This document shows, piece by piece, positions 1-49,255 of a stretch of 64,000 nt of DNA (positions are counted from its first letter, which is position 1; the number at the start of each line of letters is the position of its first letter). Both the position numbers and the translations under genes were made by a program. This stretch comes from Antedon mediterranea. Taxonomy: Eukaryota > Animalia > Echinodermata. The notes beneath the pieces are model-generated. The model saw nothing but the letters and a program-made list of their open reading frames with translations, was not told the DNA's origin and made no database searches. The stretch lies in the NCBI RefSeq assembly GCF_964355755.1, contig NC_092678.1:19547365-19611364 (forward strand), read 5' to 3'.

Positions 1-1570
1 CTGCGCCTTATCTAATCTATAGTGTGGTCAGGTTGACAGTCCTAGACTACTTACATTAGGCTAAAGGTTGGTTTTCTACTTCATTTTGTAGGCTTACTAC
101 TCTTATTAAACAGAACAGACAGTAATTAGTTTATTTGAGTACGTTTCCTTTAATTAATCTCTTCTTTCTGCTGCTGTGTCGAATATTAGCAGAAGTACTG
201 TAATACCATTACCACCATGAGGTTCTAGTCTTCTCCCTGTCGAATTCCTGATGTAAGGGTACCCTACTATAATTAGTAAATTTACACTCACGAATTGTAT
301 TGCAGTCTACGCGATGTATTTAAGTAGTATAATATCTAACCTGTTAGTTGTGAGGGTTTTGGCCTAGGCCTATCATGCATAATGAACTTGAGCTTATTGG
401 CATCTCTAGAATCATATCCAACACAAAATATAATTAATTCTATAGATCTCTATTGCACATGCGCAAACCCTAAACATTATTGACGTTGCATTCGAGGATG
501 CCAACAATTCTTATCCTATCGGATGTATATCATAAGTCACAATGGTTCAATGGTAAGGCAAATACATCCCTTGTTCGGGTCTCATAATTGGTTGTTAACT
601 AGCAAATACCTCTCTGGTTCTAGGTACCATTTAGTAGGCCTACCTCCATGCTTCGGACAGGTGTTGGCATTGTTGGTAGGAAGCATGTCTTTATCTTTAG
701 ATTTGGCGTTAATAAATATGACACACATACACTTCTCATGGAATATGTTTTTACATTATGTGTGCAGTATGTTGCTTGTTAAACCGATCAGTATAAAAAC
801 AATGAATATTCCAATTAAGCGGATCCAAACAGCCATGTGTTCACGTGACGGTGTCGTTGACCGACCGGTCATTCTTGATGAGACTGTCTACTTTGATATT
901 TGAATAGTATGAATTAGGCATACTAGTATTATATACAGCTACAGGCCTATCATGGACATTTATGATTTATCAACTTACTGATACTTAGTTACTGGTTTTT
1001 GTTTCTAAATCTCTGTCTACTCTATCAACTGTATGAGACAAATGTGATGTGCCCATATATGGACATGATTATGTCATACTGGAGGTCCAAACTTAAAAAG
1101 CCTTGGCTTAATGCGTCCTCCTCACACAATTATATTTATTAATTTATATTCTTTATTGTATTGTATATTGTAGGCCTACTGTGTGAAACAATAAACTTGA
1201 AACGTGATACCACTACCATATTTAGGCATATCATTACCATATTTTTGCATATCACACTTTTTTTTGTCAAACTAGTTTGGTAGTGTAGACAGAGCTGAAG
1301 AACGTAACATCAGTTCGCCTACTTAGTTAGATACAGTATGAAAAATTGAATGTTTTGAAATTTAAAGTTCATAAATTTACGTATTATCAATAAAATTAAA
1401 GATCTCGTATAACGATGCAATTGTTGTTATTGAATACATATCTCTTTATTGTCAAAATTAAAATGAAAACAAAAATATATTACTAAACTTATTTGACAAA
1501 AAGACCAAATAAATCGATTTGATTGGTTGTAATTTCTATTAAATGTTACCAATTCACGTTAATGTACGCT

Positions 1571-1832
1571 TCCATACATTGCACATTACTGTTTATGTTT
1601 ACGGGTATGTCAACGACCTGAGGAGGTCATAATTAATATGACGTATGTCGTATGAATAATAAGTCGGAGAACTACGAACAACCACGTGATATTGTAAACC
1701 ATCCATACATTGCACATTAATGTTTATGTTTACGGGTATGTCAACGACCTGGTGAGGTCATAATTAATATGACGTATGTCGTATGAATAATAAGTCGGAG
1801 AACTACGAACAACCACGTGATATTGTAAACCA
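1571..1832 (+). repeat. Tandem duplication, 2 x 131 bp
   Basis: Near-identical copies at 1571-1701 and 1702-1832. Confidence 0.95.
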
Positions 1833-3378
1833 TAGTTAAGACTGTGATCAATGTAGTTCACAATAAAGAATGAAGAATATAGTTATTATATATTTGAAGC
1901 CAATCTTTTTGTCGGGTTTGAAACATACAGTAAAATGATCACCTTTAATTCGTCAAAGTGACGAAAATTCTATTATTACTATTATTTAGTCGAGGTGTGT
2001 CGTATGCACTATAAAGAACCCAGTTCATCTTTCGGTAGAGTAGGTGGTGAAGGCGACAATTGTTCATTCAGCTTATGCCTAGTAACATCTTAACGTTTTA
2101 CTGATAACGTGTTATTTACAAGAGGGTCTAATGTGTGCACCAGTGTAGGCCTACTGTTCTGTATTTTAGGAAAGATGTTCGTCACGTGTTGTTGTAGTGT
2201 GGGTTCCAGACGGAGTTTTGTCTAAATAATATCAGCAAAAAGATAAATATTTTTGCACATATGGCGTTTCATACGTATACTATTTTAGACAAAAATCGAA
2301 ATAAAAACAAAAAACAAAAACAAAGACAATGGATATGTGGCAAGTCTAATGTTGTTGCTGTATCATTGAAAGTATTTAAAATTTAGGTTAAAACAATGTG
2401 ATGTTTTTGGGAATCTGCTGATGATACAATGCAAACGTTTACATTTTCTGTCCGTATGATAGGCCTAATTGTCTTATGCTCACTGCTTTGGCGTGCAATT
2501 GGGACCCTTCAAGCTGTCAATGTACTTGCTAACTTGGCTTCTATACCAATTATAGCTAACTTTGGATGGTGGGTTGGTAACCACCTTACTGGGGTAAAGG
2601 AGGTAAATTACTAAACCTTAACGCGCCTTAGCCATTCTATGAACATTATGTCTATGTTCATATTCATACATTTTGAAACGTTGTATTCTAAACACATTGT
2701 AGTGAGATTGACTCTTTACTGACCATTCTGGTTTTTATTGGGCATTTACTGAAACACAGTTGGTTGACCCATTGCGCTATTACCTTTTAATCAGTACTCT
2801 TGCAAAGTATAACAAAAAAAAAACGGACGCTAAAGTAGCCTTTTGTAGTCTCATAGGGCTCACATCATTCACATTACGTCATGATTCTGAAACGAAGCTG
2901 CTACCGTCTGTTTCGCCAGACACGGTTTAAAATAATGATTGCAGTGTCATCGAACTTATTCCAAAACATAATTTAAGGATAGTCACATGTTTAATTGTAG
3001 GCTTACACGTAACAATGTCCAAGTTATGGATGACGTAATGACTAAAATGTTAACATATGTTAGTACTCGACTGATTCATCGTTTCTCCATCAGAGACATG
3101 ATTTATAACATCACAACTTCGAAACATTTGGTAATATTTTAATCAGGCATTGATTTGTTCTGTCCAGACAACTGGCAATGTTTAATTAGCACATGCGCAG
3201 TATAGGCCATTCCATCGTCATCACGCGATGGTGTCATTAATTAGTGACATATTGTGTTTCACTGTATATTTATCTCGTCTAAAGCTGTTCGTTATTACAT
3301 TAAATATTTGTGTTTAATACCAAGTAGGCAGCTCTGCAGCTATCCAAGAAATATATCAGTGTTTCCACAGCTCAAGGG

Positions 3379-39264
<35,886 letters not shown>

Positions 39265-42234
39265 ATCTAGAAGTGTTCGTACATGTTGTTATGCTGCATT
39301 GTGGAATCTAACGTTAAACTTTGAAGCCAACTTGAAAAAAAACTGAGAAAATTCCATGTAGGCCGAGTATTTAAGCAGGTGTAAGGTTAACCAGTTTCAC
39401 TCGAGAAAAACAAGCAAGTATGTCACGTGAGAAAGATCTGTGAATGCAACCCCAGTAAGACTGTACTGAGTTAACCAGTTTCACTCGAGGAATACACGCC
39501 ACGTTGTCGCCTAATAGAGAGGTACAAATGTAATGGATAAAACGTCAGATAAGGTGGTACTCGAAAAATACACGCAAGTATGTCGCGTGTTAAAACTAAC
39601 TTGTATATTTTTGCATTCTCTTTCCTTTCAAATCTATTGTTATAAACAGGTGCAATATTGTATTTAATGAATAAGACAAAAATGAAAATTGTTTCTCAAA
39701 TTGAGAAAATCGGAAATAGAACAGTGATCAATAAGTGCTATAAAAAGTTTATTTTTGACTTATTGGAAGCGTTAAAATATTTATTAACTTATCTAAATAT
39801 GGACGACACATCACGATGTTCTTTCAAAGGTTTACATAAGCAAGATAAATGTATTCGATTTAACCTGTTTTATATTATTATTAATAGTCAATTCTTAGTT
39901 TTAACCGTATAATGAAAACCCTATTTTTGTCAGATTATAAACCCTTGGTTGACTCTCTACGGATTTGTATTGTCTGTAACAATCAACATCTACAGTTTTT
40001 TCATTAGCCGTGTCATCATAGAAGATTAGGAGAGTTGATTTGAATTAATGGTCACGTGCGACATTGACGGCAGACGAAAGCAAACTAACTAATACCCGTA
40101 TGTTTAAAATCTAACTCGATTTGACAATCGGAGCTGGTCTCTGAGATTCTACTACGTTGTCTAGTTATTTTCACATTATGCAAACATCTTTGATAGATAT
40201 ACAGATGCTAGTGTTACTTGGATTTACTGTTTAAAGGCCTACTCTGAATTCGGCTACTAAAATTTTAAGAAGAAAATGCATTAGGAAAAGATCTTTGCTG
40301 ACGTACGTTTTTAAGTCGCATAGCATCATATTCCACATCATATTGCCTTTTATAAGAACATTTCCTAAAATAAATGTAGTTTAGTTGTAGTTGTGACGGT
40401 CGAAACCAGATAAAACATTTTAATGTTTTTAATTAGCGACTAGTAATTATCATATTCTGTGAATGTTATCACTCACTAATCTGTATACAAATAGTATATG
40501 CAAATATTGCATTATAATTATATCGTAAGAACTTTCTAATATCGAGGTTTTGTTCTCACAAGGACGTAAGCGCGACGCAAGGGAGTTGACAAATGACAAG
40601 CGACAGTTCGAAAATCCCTTCGCTTGTGATTGGTCAAATTACTTTTGTTACACTTCCTTGCGTCCTAGTGGGAACCACGCTTAATACATAAATATACCTG
40701 TACTGCACGGACCAATACGGTGACGACAGCGATGAACGGTTAACTATGAACGGCGGCGACGAAAGACGAATTTAATATGACATCAAAGGCCCCCGTACGA
40801 CTACGATGATGATAGTGACAAGTGTAACATTATCATACGGTGACTGAAAACGGTTTACACGACGACATCGACGGACGGGAAACTAATTATGTTGAGAATG
40901 ACAGTGTTCTCGGTCTGTTTCTACGAGCAGCGGCTAAAAAGAGTTGGATTATGCACATGCGTATTAATTTGTTATATACCGTACCCAATCAGAGTTCAAA
41001 AATATTCTATTTGCGCGAATAGATTCGCCTATTGGAAACAGACGTTAAACATAATATGATGTCTATTTAAGTACAGTAATGGTTCGGCCTTAGTTTCTTT
41101 TGAATCAAAAATAAGCTTTTGTAACAACTGCATGCTACTTTACTATGACTATGATCATGACGTGTTGATGATGACGTACTGATGACGTTTTAATTTGTAT
41201 TGTATGACGCAATGCCACATATTAAGACGTGTAGTACATACCTACTCATATTAACAAACTTATGCGTTCGTCCTACGCTACAAGTTCGTCTGTAGGCATG
41301 CGCAGTTGTGGACGCTTTTTGATATTTAGTAGTGCCGTTGTTAGGTTTGACCATTTTAGTTCATTCGTTCAATATTGCTGATTGTAAAAAAGAAATCCAC
41401 ATATTATTACTTATTTATAATGTATAATGATACAAAAGGCATTTGTAGAAAATAAGTACATGTTTTGATAGATGGAAATTGCTGGTCAATTATCCATTTT
41501 TATTTTTATAAATTCTAAGAAAAGACATTTCGATGTAAACAAACTAACGTGATGCTACAGTAATGAATTGATAGAAGCAGTACTGTTAACGTGATATTGT
41601 ACAATTGCCTCGCGTGTAACACGAGAGTGTAAGTGGGTCAACGACCAGTTTTGTCTGAACCAATCTGGTGCTTTTAATTTGCGACAACCGACGGCTAAAC
41701 TACGTTACGTAATGTTAATTCATAATCCGCATATGGAGTTATTGTGACGTGTGTCATCGCTTTTCATTGTTATGGTTGCTAGGTCCAGGTGATGGCCTAT
41801 GACACAAATTTGACCTGACCTAGCTCTGTCTTCGCAAATCGAAAGCTCCCTAGTATTATACAATAATAATAATTGTAATACGGATGCTACCCATTTGTGT
41901 TAGGGTAAAGTATTTTATGTTAACAATACTGCCTGTTATGCATTTTATGTACTACATTGGTTAATGCTATCCTTACATGCATTATTACAAGTACTTATAC
42001 GCACTGATTAAAGGTAGCGTTACGTACGCCGTAAATGTATATTTGTCTGTGTGAACATACAGTCACAACTGATGTATTTAGTGATTAACCAGGCTACGAA
42101 AGAAAACATCTTTAATTATACAAACAAAAATAGTTTCAAAATTAAATTTACACTTGATACTCTTATTCTATTTCTATTGTTTAATTAATTAAAATTACCA
42201 TATATGGTTATTTAAGCAGCGGTTTAAATGAATT

Positions 42235-44290
42235 TTACTATTTCTGCGCATGTCAACTATGCTATAGTAACCAGTTTCATCGAAAAATAAAAGGTCGAAA
42301 TTTGGCCATTTTTGGAAAAATTCCCTGTACAGGGAAATTTTCGTAAAATCGGCATTTTTCGACCCTTTTATTTTTGGACATAAATGGTTACTATCACAAC
42401 AAACATGCGCAGAGTCGAATAATGGTTTCTGCGCATGTCAACTATGCTATAGTAAGCAGTTTTATCGAAAAATAAAAGGGAATTTTTCGAAAAATGGGCA
42501 TTTTTCGACCCTTTTATTTTTGGACATAAATGGTTACTATAGCACGATAAACATGCGCAGAGTCAAATAATGGGTTCTGCGCATGTCAACTATGCTATAG
42601 TAACCAGTTTTATCGACAAATAAAAAGGTCGAAATTTAACCATTTTTGGAAAAAATCCCTGTACTATAGTACAGGGAAATTTTCGTAAAATCGGCATTTT
42701 TCGACCCTTTTATTTGGACATAAATGGTTACTATAGCACAATAAACATGCGCAGAGTCTAATAATGGGTTCTGCGCATGTCAACTATGCTATAGTAACCA
42801 GTTTCATCGAAAAATAAAAGGTCGAAATTGGGCCATTTTTGGAAAAATTCCCTGTACTATGGAATTTTTCGTAAAATGGGCATTTTTCGACCCTTTTATT
42901 TTTGGACATAAATGGTTACTATAGCACGATAAACATGCGCAGAGTCGAATAATGGGTTCTGCGCATGCCAACTATGCTATAGTAACCAATTTTATCAAAA
43001 AATAAAAAGGTCAAAATTTGGCCATTTTTGGAAAAAAATCCCTGTAGGCCTACTATAGTACAGGGAATTTTTCGAAAAATGGGGATTTTTTGACCCTTTT
43101 ATTTTTGGACATAAATGGTTACTATTAGCACGATAAACATGCGCAGAGTAAAATAATGGGTTCTGCGCATGTCAACTATGCTATAGTAACCAGTTTTATT
43201 GAAAAATAAAAAGGTCGAAATTTGCCCATTTTGGGAAAAAATCCCTGTACTATAGTACAGGGAAATTTTCGAAAAATGTTCATTTTTCGACCCTTTTATT
43301 TTTTTACATAAATGGTTACTATAGCACAACAAACATGCGCAGAGTCGAATAATGGGTTCTGCGCATGTCAACTATGCTATAGTAACCAGTTTTATCGAGG
43401 AGAAAAAAAATGTAGAAATTTGGCCTTTTTTGGCAAAAATCCCTGTATTATAGTACAGGGATTTTTTCCAAAAATGGCCAACTTTCGACCTTTTTATTTT
43501 TGGACATAAATGGTTACTATAGCACGATAAACATGCGCAGAGACAAATAATGGGTTCTGCGCATGTCAACTATGCTATAGTAACCAGTTTTATCGAGAAA
43601 AAAAAATGTCGAAATTTTGCAATTTTTGGAAAAAATCCCTGTACTTATAGTACAGGGAAATTTTCGTAAAATGGGCATTTTTCGACCCTTTTATTTTTGG
43701 ACATAAATGGTTACTATAGCACGATAAACATGCGCAGAGTCGAATAATGGGTTCTGCGCATGTCAACTATGCTATAGTAACCAATTATATCAAAAAATAA
43801 AAAGGTCGAAATTTGGCCATTTTTGGAAAAAATCCCTGTACTATATATAGTACAGGGAAATTTTCGAAAAATGTTCATTTTTCGACCCTTTTATTTTTTT
43901 ACATAAATGGTTACTATAGCACAACAAACATGCGCAGGGTCGAATAATGGGTTCTGCGCATGTCAACTATGCTATAGTAACCAGTTTTATCGAAAAATAA
44001 AAAGGTCGAAATTTGGCCATTTTTGGAAAAAATAAAAACGTTGAAATTTTCGACCCTTTTATTTTTTGACATAAATGGCTACTATAGCACAATAAACATG
44101 CCCTTAGTCGAATATTGAGTTATGCGCTTAGTCGAATAATGAGTTCTGCGCATGTCAACTATGCTATAGTAACCTGTTTAATCGAAAAAATAAAAATGTC
44201 GATATTTTGAAAAAAAATCCCTATTTATGTAAATTTCTGAAAAATTACCAAATTTCGACCATTTTATTTTTTGATATAACTGGTTACTGG
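42235..44290. repeat. Satellite array, about 10 units of ~198 bp, each an imperfect palindrome
   Basis: TTCTGCGCATG recurs at about 42242, 42427, 42575, 42769, 42957, 43161, 43357, 43555, 43752, 43952, 44145; symmetry centres CCCTGTACTATAGTACAGGG and ATGCGCAGA..TCTGCGCAT. Confidence 0.95.
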
Positions 44291-44307
44291 TTGGTTAAGT
44301 CAATAAC

Positions 44308-45041
44308 CGGGGTCTAGGACAACTACCCTCTGGACAACTACCACCCGGACAACTACCACCTGGACAACTACCACTTGGACAATTACCACCTGGACAATTA
44401 CCCTTCTAGGACAACTATCAGTTGTCCATAGTGTGTTGTTGCTCTAGAGGGGTAGTTTTCCAAAGGGAATATTCAATTGAATTTATTCCGCATTTTACTG
44501 GGGGACTCATCGCTTTTGATGGGACGTTCCATTTAATATAATTATATAGACTGTTTAAGACCAAACATTGGTTATTTCAAACTCATATAAGATCATTATA
44601 GATACATAACTGAATAATATAAAATAAAAGATAAGCAACCCTAACACTAAAGTTTTCTTTCGTAGAACACTATTTAAGTTTAACAGAAAAAGTTTTAACA
44701 TCAACTAGGTCTACACATGTCCTGGATGGACATCTGAAGGATTAAGTCCCAGATCCAAGGGAATCTAAATAAAATAGAAGTTGTCATAGAGGGTAGTTGT
44801 CTGGGTGGTAGTTGTCCTAGGGGGTACTTGTCCGGGTGGTAGTTGTCCTAGGGGGTAATTATCCGGCTGGTAGTTGTCCTAGGGGTTAAATGTCCAGGTG
44901 GTAGTTGTCCTAGGGGGTAATTGTCCGGGTGGTAGTTGTCCTAGGGGGTAAATGTCCAGGTGGTAGTTGTCCTATGGGGGTTATTGTCCGGGTGGTAGTT
45001 GTCAGGGTGGTAATTGTCGAGGGGGTAGTTGTCCGGATACG
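44308..45041. mobile_element. Foldback/MITE-like DNA element with modular inverted arms (GGACAACTACC[A/C]CC subrepeats)
   Basis: 15-17-bp subrepeats in one orientation at 44315-44420 and inverted at 44790-45040; AATAAC flanks both ends (44302-44307, 45042-45047) as an apparent 6-bp TSD. Confidence 0.75.
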
Positions 45042-46968
45042 AATAACCACAATGCTCTTTTAAAGCAAATAACTGGAATGCTCCTTTAAAGCAAATAACC
45101 GCAATTCTCCTTTAAAGCAAATACCAGAATGCTTCTTTAAAGCAAATAATCTCAATGCTCCTTTAAAGAAAATTACCGGAACTAGATGGTACGCTCGCTT
45201 CCCATCTAGGTCGTGCCCACAGATGGTTCTCAAATACACAGTAATTTCAGCGTAACAAAACTGGCGATTTCAAATGTACCTACCGCAGGACTATAATACA
45301 TTGTCGTTTACAGAAACGAATAAATAGACACGATGTTTTATGTAGTAAACTAAAATTAGCACCCTGGGAATTACTTCCGAAGGAGAAACTTATCACAAAA
45401 TGAGTCCAGATTTTTTATTTGGACTCATTTAAAGAAACCCAATTTGTGTTTTGTATGTAACATTAGGGTTGAGGGATGGGAAAGCGGATAAGTACACCGA
45501 GGAACAATTTTTAAATATATTCTTTATCCACTCAGTAACGAAATATTTTTTTCATGTTTTATAGGCCTATAAATAATATACCTCTAAATACAGTAAAACA
45601 TTTGCGATTTAATACTTTGTTAAAACTGTCACTGTCATAATCGATTGAAATATTAAAGTACATGTCACGATACACCACTACGACGTTTATATTTTTGGTA
45701 ATTATTAATTAATATAAACGTTGAGAACGAACTGTAAGTATAAAGTTTATTTGTATATTATATGTTTATATATCTAACCGTAGAGCCTATCCACAATCTA
45801 AGTAATAAAGTTTATTTGTATACATTTTTATAATTACATCTAACAGTACGAACATTCACAGTAAGAAATGTTCGATTCAAATGAGGACCAAAAATAGTTA
45901 ATAGGTATTTACAGTATTGTCAAAGTATTGCAAGTTTATTCTCAAGGCCCATATATTTACCTACCGTATGTATTAAACCAAGGGCTCATAAATTTACCTA
46001 CTTGTGTTAAACCAAACTCTGGCAGACTGAGAGATTGGGATGTTCCATTCATCGCAAATCAATACATTTGTATAATCGTATATTAAATCTATCAAAATAG
46101 TATTTTTTTAAAGAAAATCGGCCTGTCTTCAACATTATGATGCTGTACTCTAGCTGTTCAACCGGTTTTCAGCTATTAAAAACAATTATCGTAGGAGGAG
46201 ATAGGAAAATGCGAAGCCTCCTCGCATTTTTGTGGCGGGTATTTATCAAGATGGAGATCCATTATACAGTGTATACCACGATCGGAAAACACCCCTATTT
46301 GGGGCAAATCGTTGAACCTAAATTCGTTTTAATCGTCAATAACTGATTATCTAACTTAATTTAATTAGTAAACAGGGTTACATCAGGTGGTTAAAATCAG
46401 TACCGAAAGTACGAACCAACTTTATATACCATCGAGTAAAAATTCTAGAAGTAAGGCGCGATTTACCGAATTTTGCCCTTACGAAAATAACGTAAATAAA
46501 TATATAGATACTCCTTTAAAGCAAATAACCGGATTGCTCCTTTAAAGCAAATAACCGGAATACTCTTTTAAAGCAAATAAACGGATTGTTATTTTTGATT
46601 TTTGATGATGGAGCATTGCGGTTATTTTAAATAAAATAACAGCAATGCTCCTTTAAAGTCAATAACCGGATTGTTCCTTTAAAGCAAACCGCAATGCTCC
46701 TTTAAAGCAAATAACCGCAATGCTCCTTTAAAGCAAATAACCGCAATGCTCCTTTAAAGCAAATAACCACAATGCTCCTTTAAAGCAAACCGCAATGCTC
46801 CTTTAAAACCAATAACCGCAATGCTCCTTTAAAACCAATAACCGTAATGCTCCTTTAAAACCAATAACCGCAATGCTCCTTTAAAGCAAATAACAGCAAT
46901 GCTCCTTTAAAGTCAATAACCGGATTGTTCCTTTAAAGCAAACCGCAATGCTCCTTTAAAACCAATAG
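45042..46968 (+). repeat. 26-bp minisatellite AATAACCGCAATGCTCCTTTAAAGCA, interrupted by Helitron copy 2
   Basis: Units at 45042-45181, 46509-46590 and 46635-46968. Confidence 0.92.
45182..46508 (-). mobile_element. Non-autonomous Helitron copy 2, inserted in a 26-bp minisatellite
   Basis: TC...CTAG termini; flanks rejoin as ccggaa^tactcctttaaagc, an intact minisatellite unit, so the insertion is between A and T without TSD. Confidence 0.88.
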
Positions 46969-48466
46969 CTATACTGTATACTAATTTATGCGTGAATATG
47001 CATGATCTATTAATCTATTTGAGATTGGTTATTGGTTAGTGGTCATTGACCTTTAAATAATGACTGTGCATACATGAACACCGATGCAAAATCCTACATT
47101 ACGTCAAATTGTAATTCAATGATTTTGGAAACAGATAACCGTAAAGCCTTGTCTACACTATTAAACGTTATATGACAAAAAATGTGCCCATGGACATGAT
47201 GTCATATCACTACCATAATTGGTCATATCGCTACCATATTTGGGCACCGATTTAAACAAAGGACCATTGGAAATAAGCTGTTTATTGTGAGTACGGAATA
47301 AACAAATAAATGATTAACACATATCTAAAGCTCTGTCTACACTATCAAATTAGTGTGACAAAAAGTGTGATGTGCCCAAGTATGGTAGTATAATCATGTC
47401 CATATATGGGCACTTCACATTTTTAGTTACATAAAGATTGATAGTGTAGGAAAGGCTTTAGATTATTCCGCTTCAAAAAATATTTTAAATCCGTTATTTA
47501 CTTTTTAAATGATTTTAATGATACTTCTCTTATACAGTTGTACTTAAAACATATATACCACATATACTTATATCACAGCTGAATTATTTTGCTTAATTAA
47601 ACTTCTCATTTCTTTATTTTACCACAAAAGAAATAGAATTTACTTTTAAATGTTCGATGAAAGTGTAGTAAACACACCCGGGAATGTCCACAAAAATCAA
47701 ATCTTCTAGTTACATTTCTGAATTTAAGTTACTGTACACAAACATGATTTTTAGCTAAAACCGACAGAGCGCGACAAGCTTCTAAGCATGCTCACAACCC
47801 ATTTGAATTACAGAGATTTTTAAATCTGACTTTATAATATGTGTAAAAATGGATTTTTTTCCATTTATAGAAAAAAAAACAAGAAAAAACAAATTGATTT
47901 TCATAAAAAAAACTAAATACATTTACAGATACCCTGAAAAATCTTGCACCATATAGAAAATGATTTTATAGCCTAGTACACGCACATTTTAACATAGCAT
48001 ATTGAATATTTCAAGCACCATCACACATACACACACTATGAAACCAGCTTTTTTTAAAAGAATTTGGAAGTGTGTATGTATGCATAAAAAATACAAGTTA
48101 AAGCCAATTCAGTGTATTGCAAGTCCATTTGCAGAAAGTATTCTTATTTTATCAACGTTTTATTTTTGTGTAAATGTTGTTTTTCAATCAGTATATTTTT
48201 AAAAACATTTTTTTTTCCTTCAATTTTTAATTCTAAAAATTCAATAAGTTCCTGCCTGATATTTGTTTTATTTATTTAGAAATTCCAAAATCTAACTTGC
48301 GATTTATATATATTTTGTATAAATAGGACATGAATTTTTACAAAAATGTCCTTTCATCAATACCCTAAAGTAATAGAAAGAAAACAACTTTTTTATTGTA
48401 TTTATTTGTATCTAGGAATGTAACTAAATTTATTATGAAGTTATATTTTATAAGTAATGTACTGTC

Positions 48467-48622
48467 AAAAGCTTGGTTCCCAATAGAACGCAACGCAATC
48501 CGTAACACAAGCGAATTGACCAATCACAAGGAACGGTTCGAATAATCCATCGCTTGATTTGGTCAATACGCTTGCGTTGTGGCTTACATCCTTGTGTTGC
48601 GTTCTAGTGGGAACGAAGCTTA
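48467..48622. mobile_element. MITE family B (TIR AAGCTTGGTTCCCACTAGAACGCAAC), representative copy
   Basis: Inverted termini; other copies at about 5728-5783, 5795-5955, 7650-7763, 31093-31444, 40545-40683. Confidence 0.85.
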
Positions 48623-49255
48623 AAGGCCAACGCAGCATCATACGACAAGACCCGACAAAACGTCTTAACTCGTCAATCCTGTTCAATCCAGACTAGACGA
48701 GTCGTCTTTTTAGGTCGTTGGGAGAACTTGAAACCTCGTCGTACAGAGCTACCTGAGTTGGCCTTTTAAGATTTTAGCAGTTATCAATCTCGGTCCTATA
48801 AATTTACTGTACAATGAAATATATTTTCCTCTAAATATGTTCCAACATTTTTGTTTTAAACATTAAAATACAGTATCAAGCATTGTATGATACTACGGTA
48901 TTTGTGTACAAATATGGAGCACATACAGTTTACATGTGTAAGCAGTATATATACAGTATATCTCAGCTCTATGAAAGATTTATTTTTATTTGCAATACAC
49001 AGGTTACTATATAATGGATAAAGTTATTTGTTTTAATTGTATAACAAGATGCGCATGTTATCTCAATGGATGGTCCAACAAACTATGTCATAAAATACCT
49101 CCGAATCCGAACTTGTGATCTTTATAAATTAAATTGATTTTAATGCAATCCACCGCAATTATTAAATAAAAATTTTGAAAGGTAAAGATGCGTGTTGTTG
49201 TGCGATGATTGTCACATTCTGATTGTTGGCGTCCTCTGCACCGACTCTTTTACCC

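Noticed and set aside
523-903. 126-aa ORF at the window start
   Set aside because: No recognisable motif, composition like the surrounding non-coding DNA, no supporting splice structure.
42235-44290. Palindromic array as CRISPR or as coding (ORFs 43099, 43312, 43372)
   Set aside because: The whole unit is repeated with no variable spacers; the ORFs are satellite translations broken by indels between units.
46137-46346. ORF MMLYSSCSTGFQLLKT.. shared with 62821..63045 as a conserved small protein
   Set aside because: The similarity comes from Helitron copies; the frames diverge and no Rep/helicase motifs are visible.
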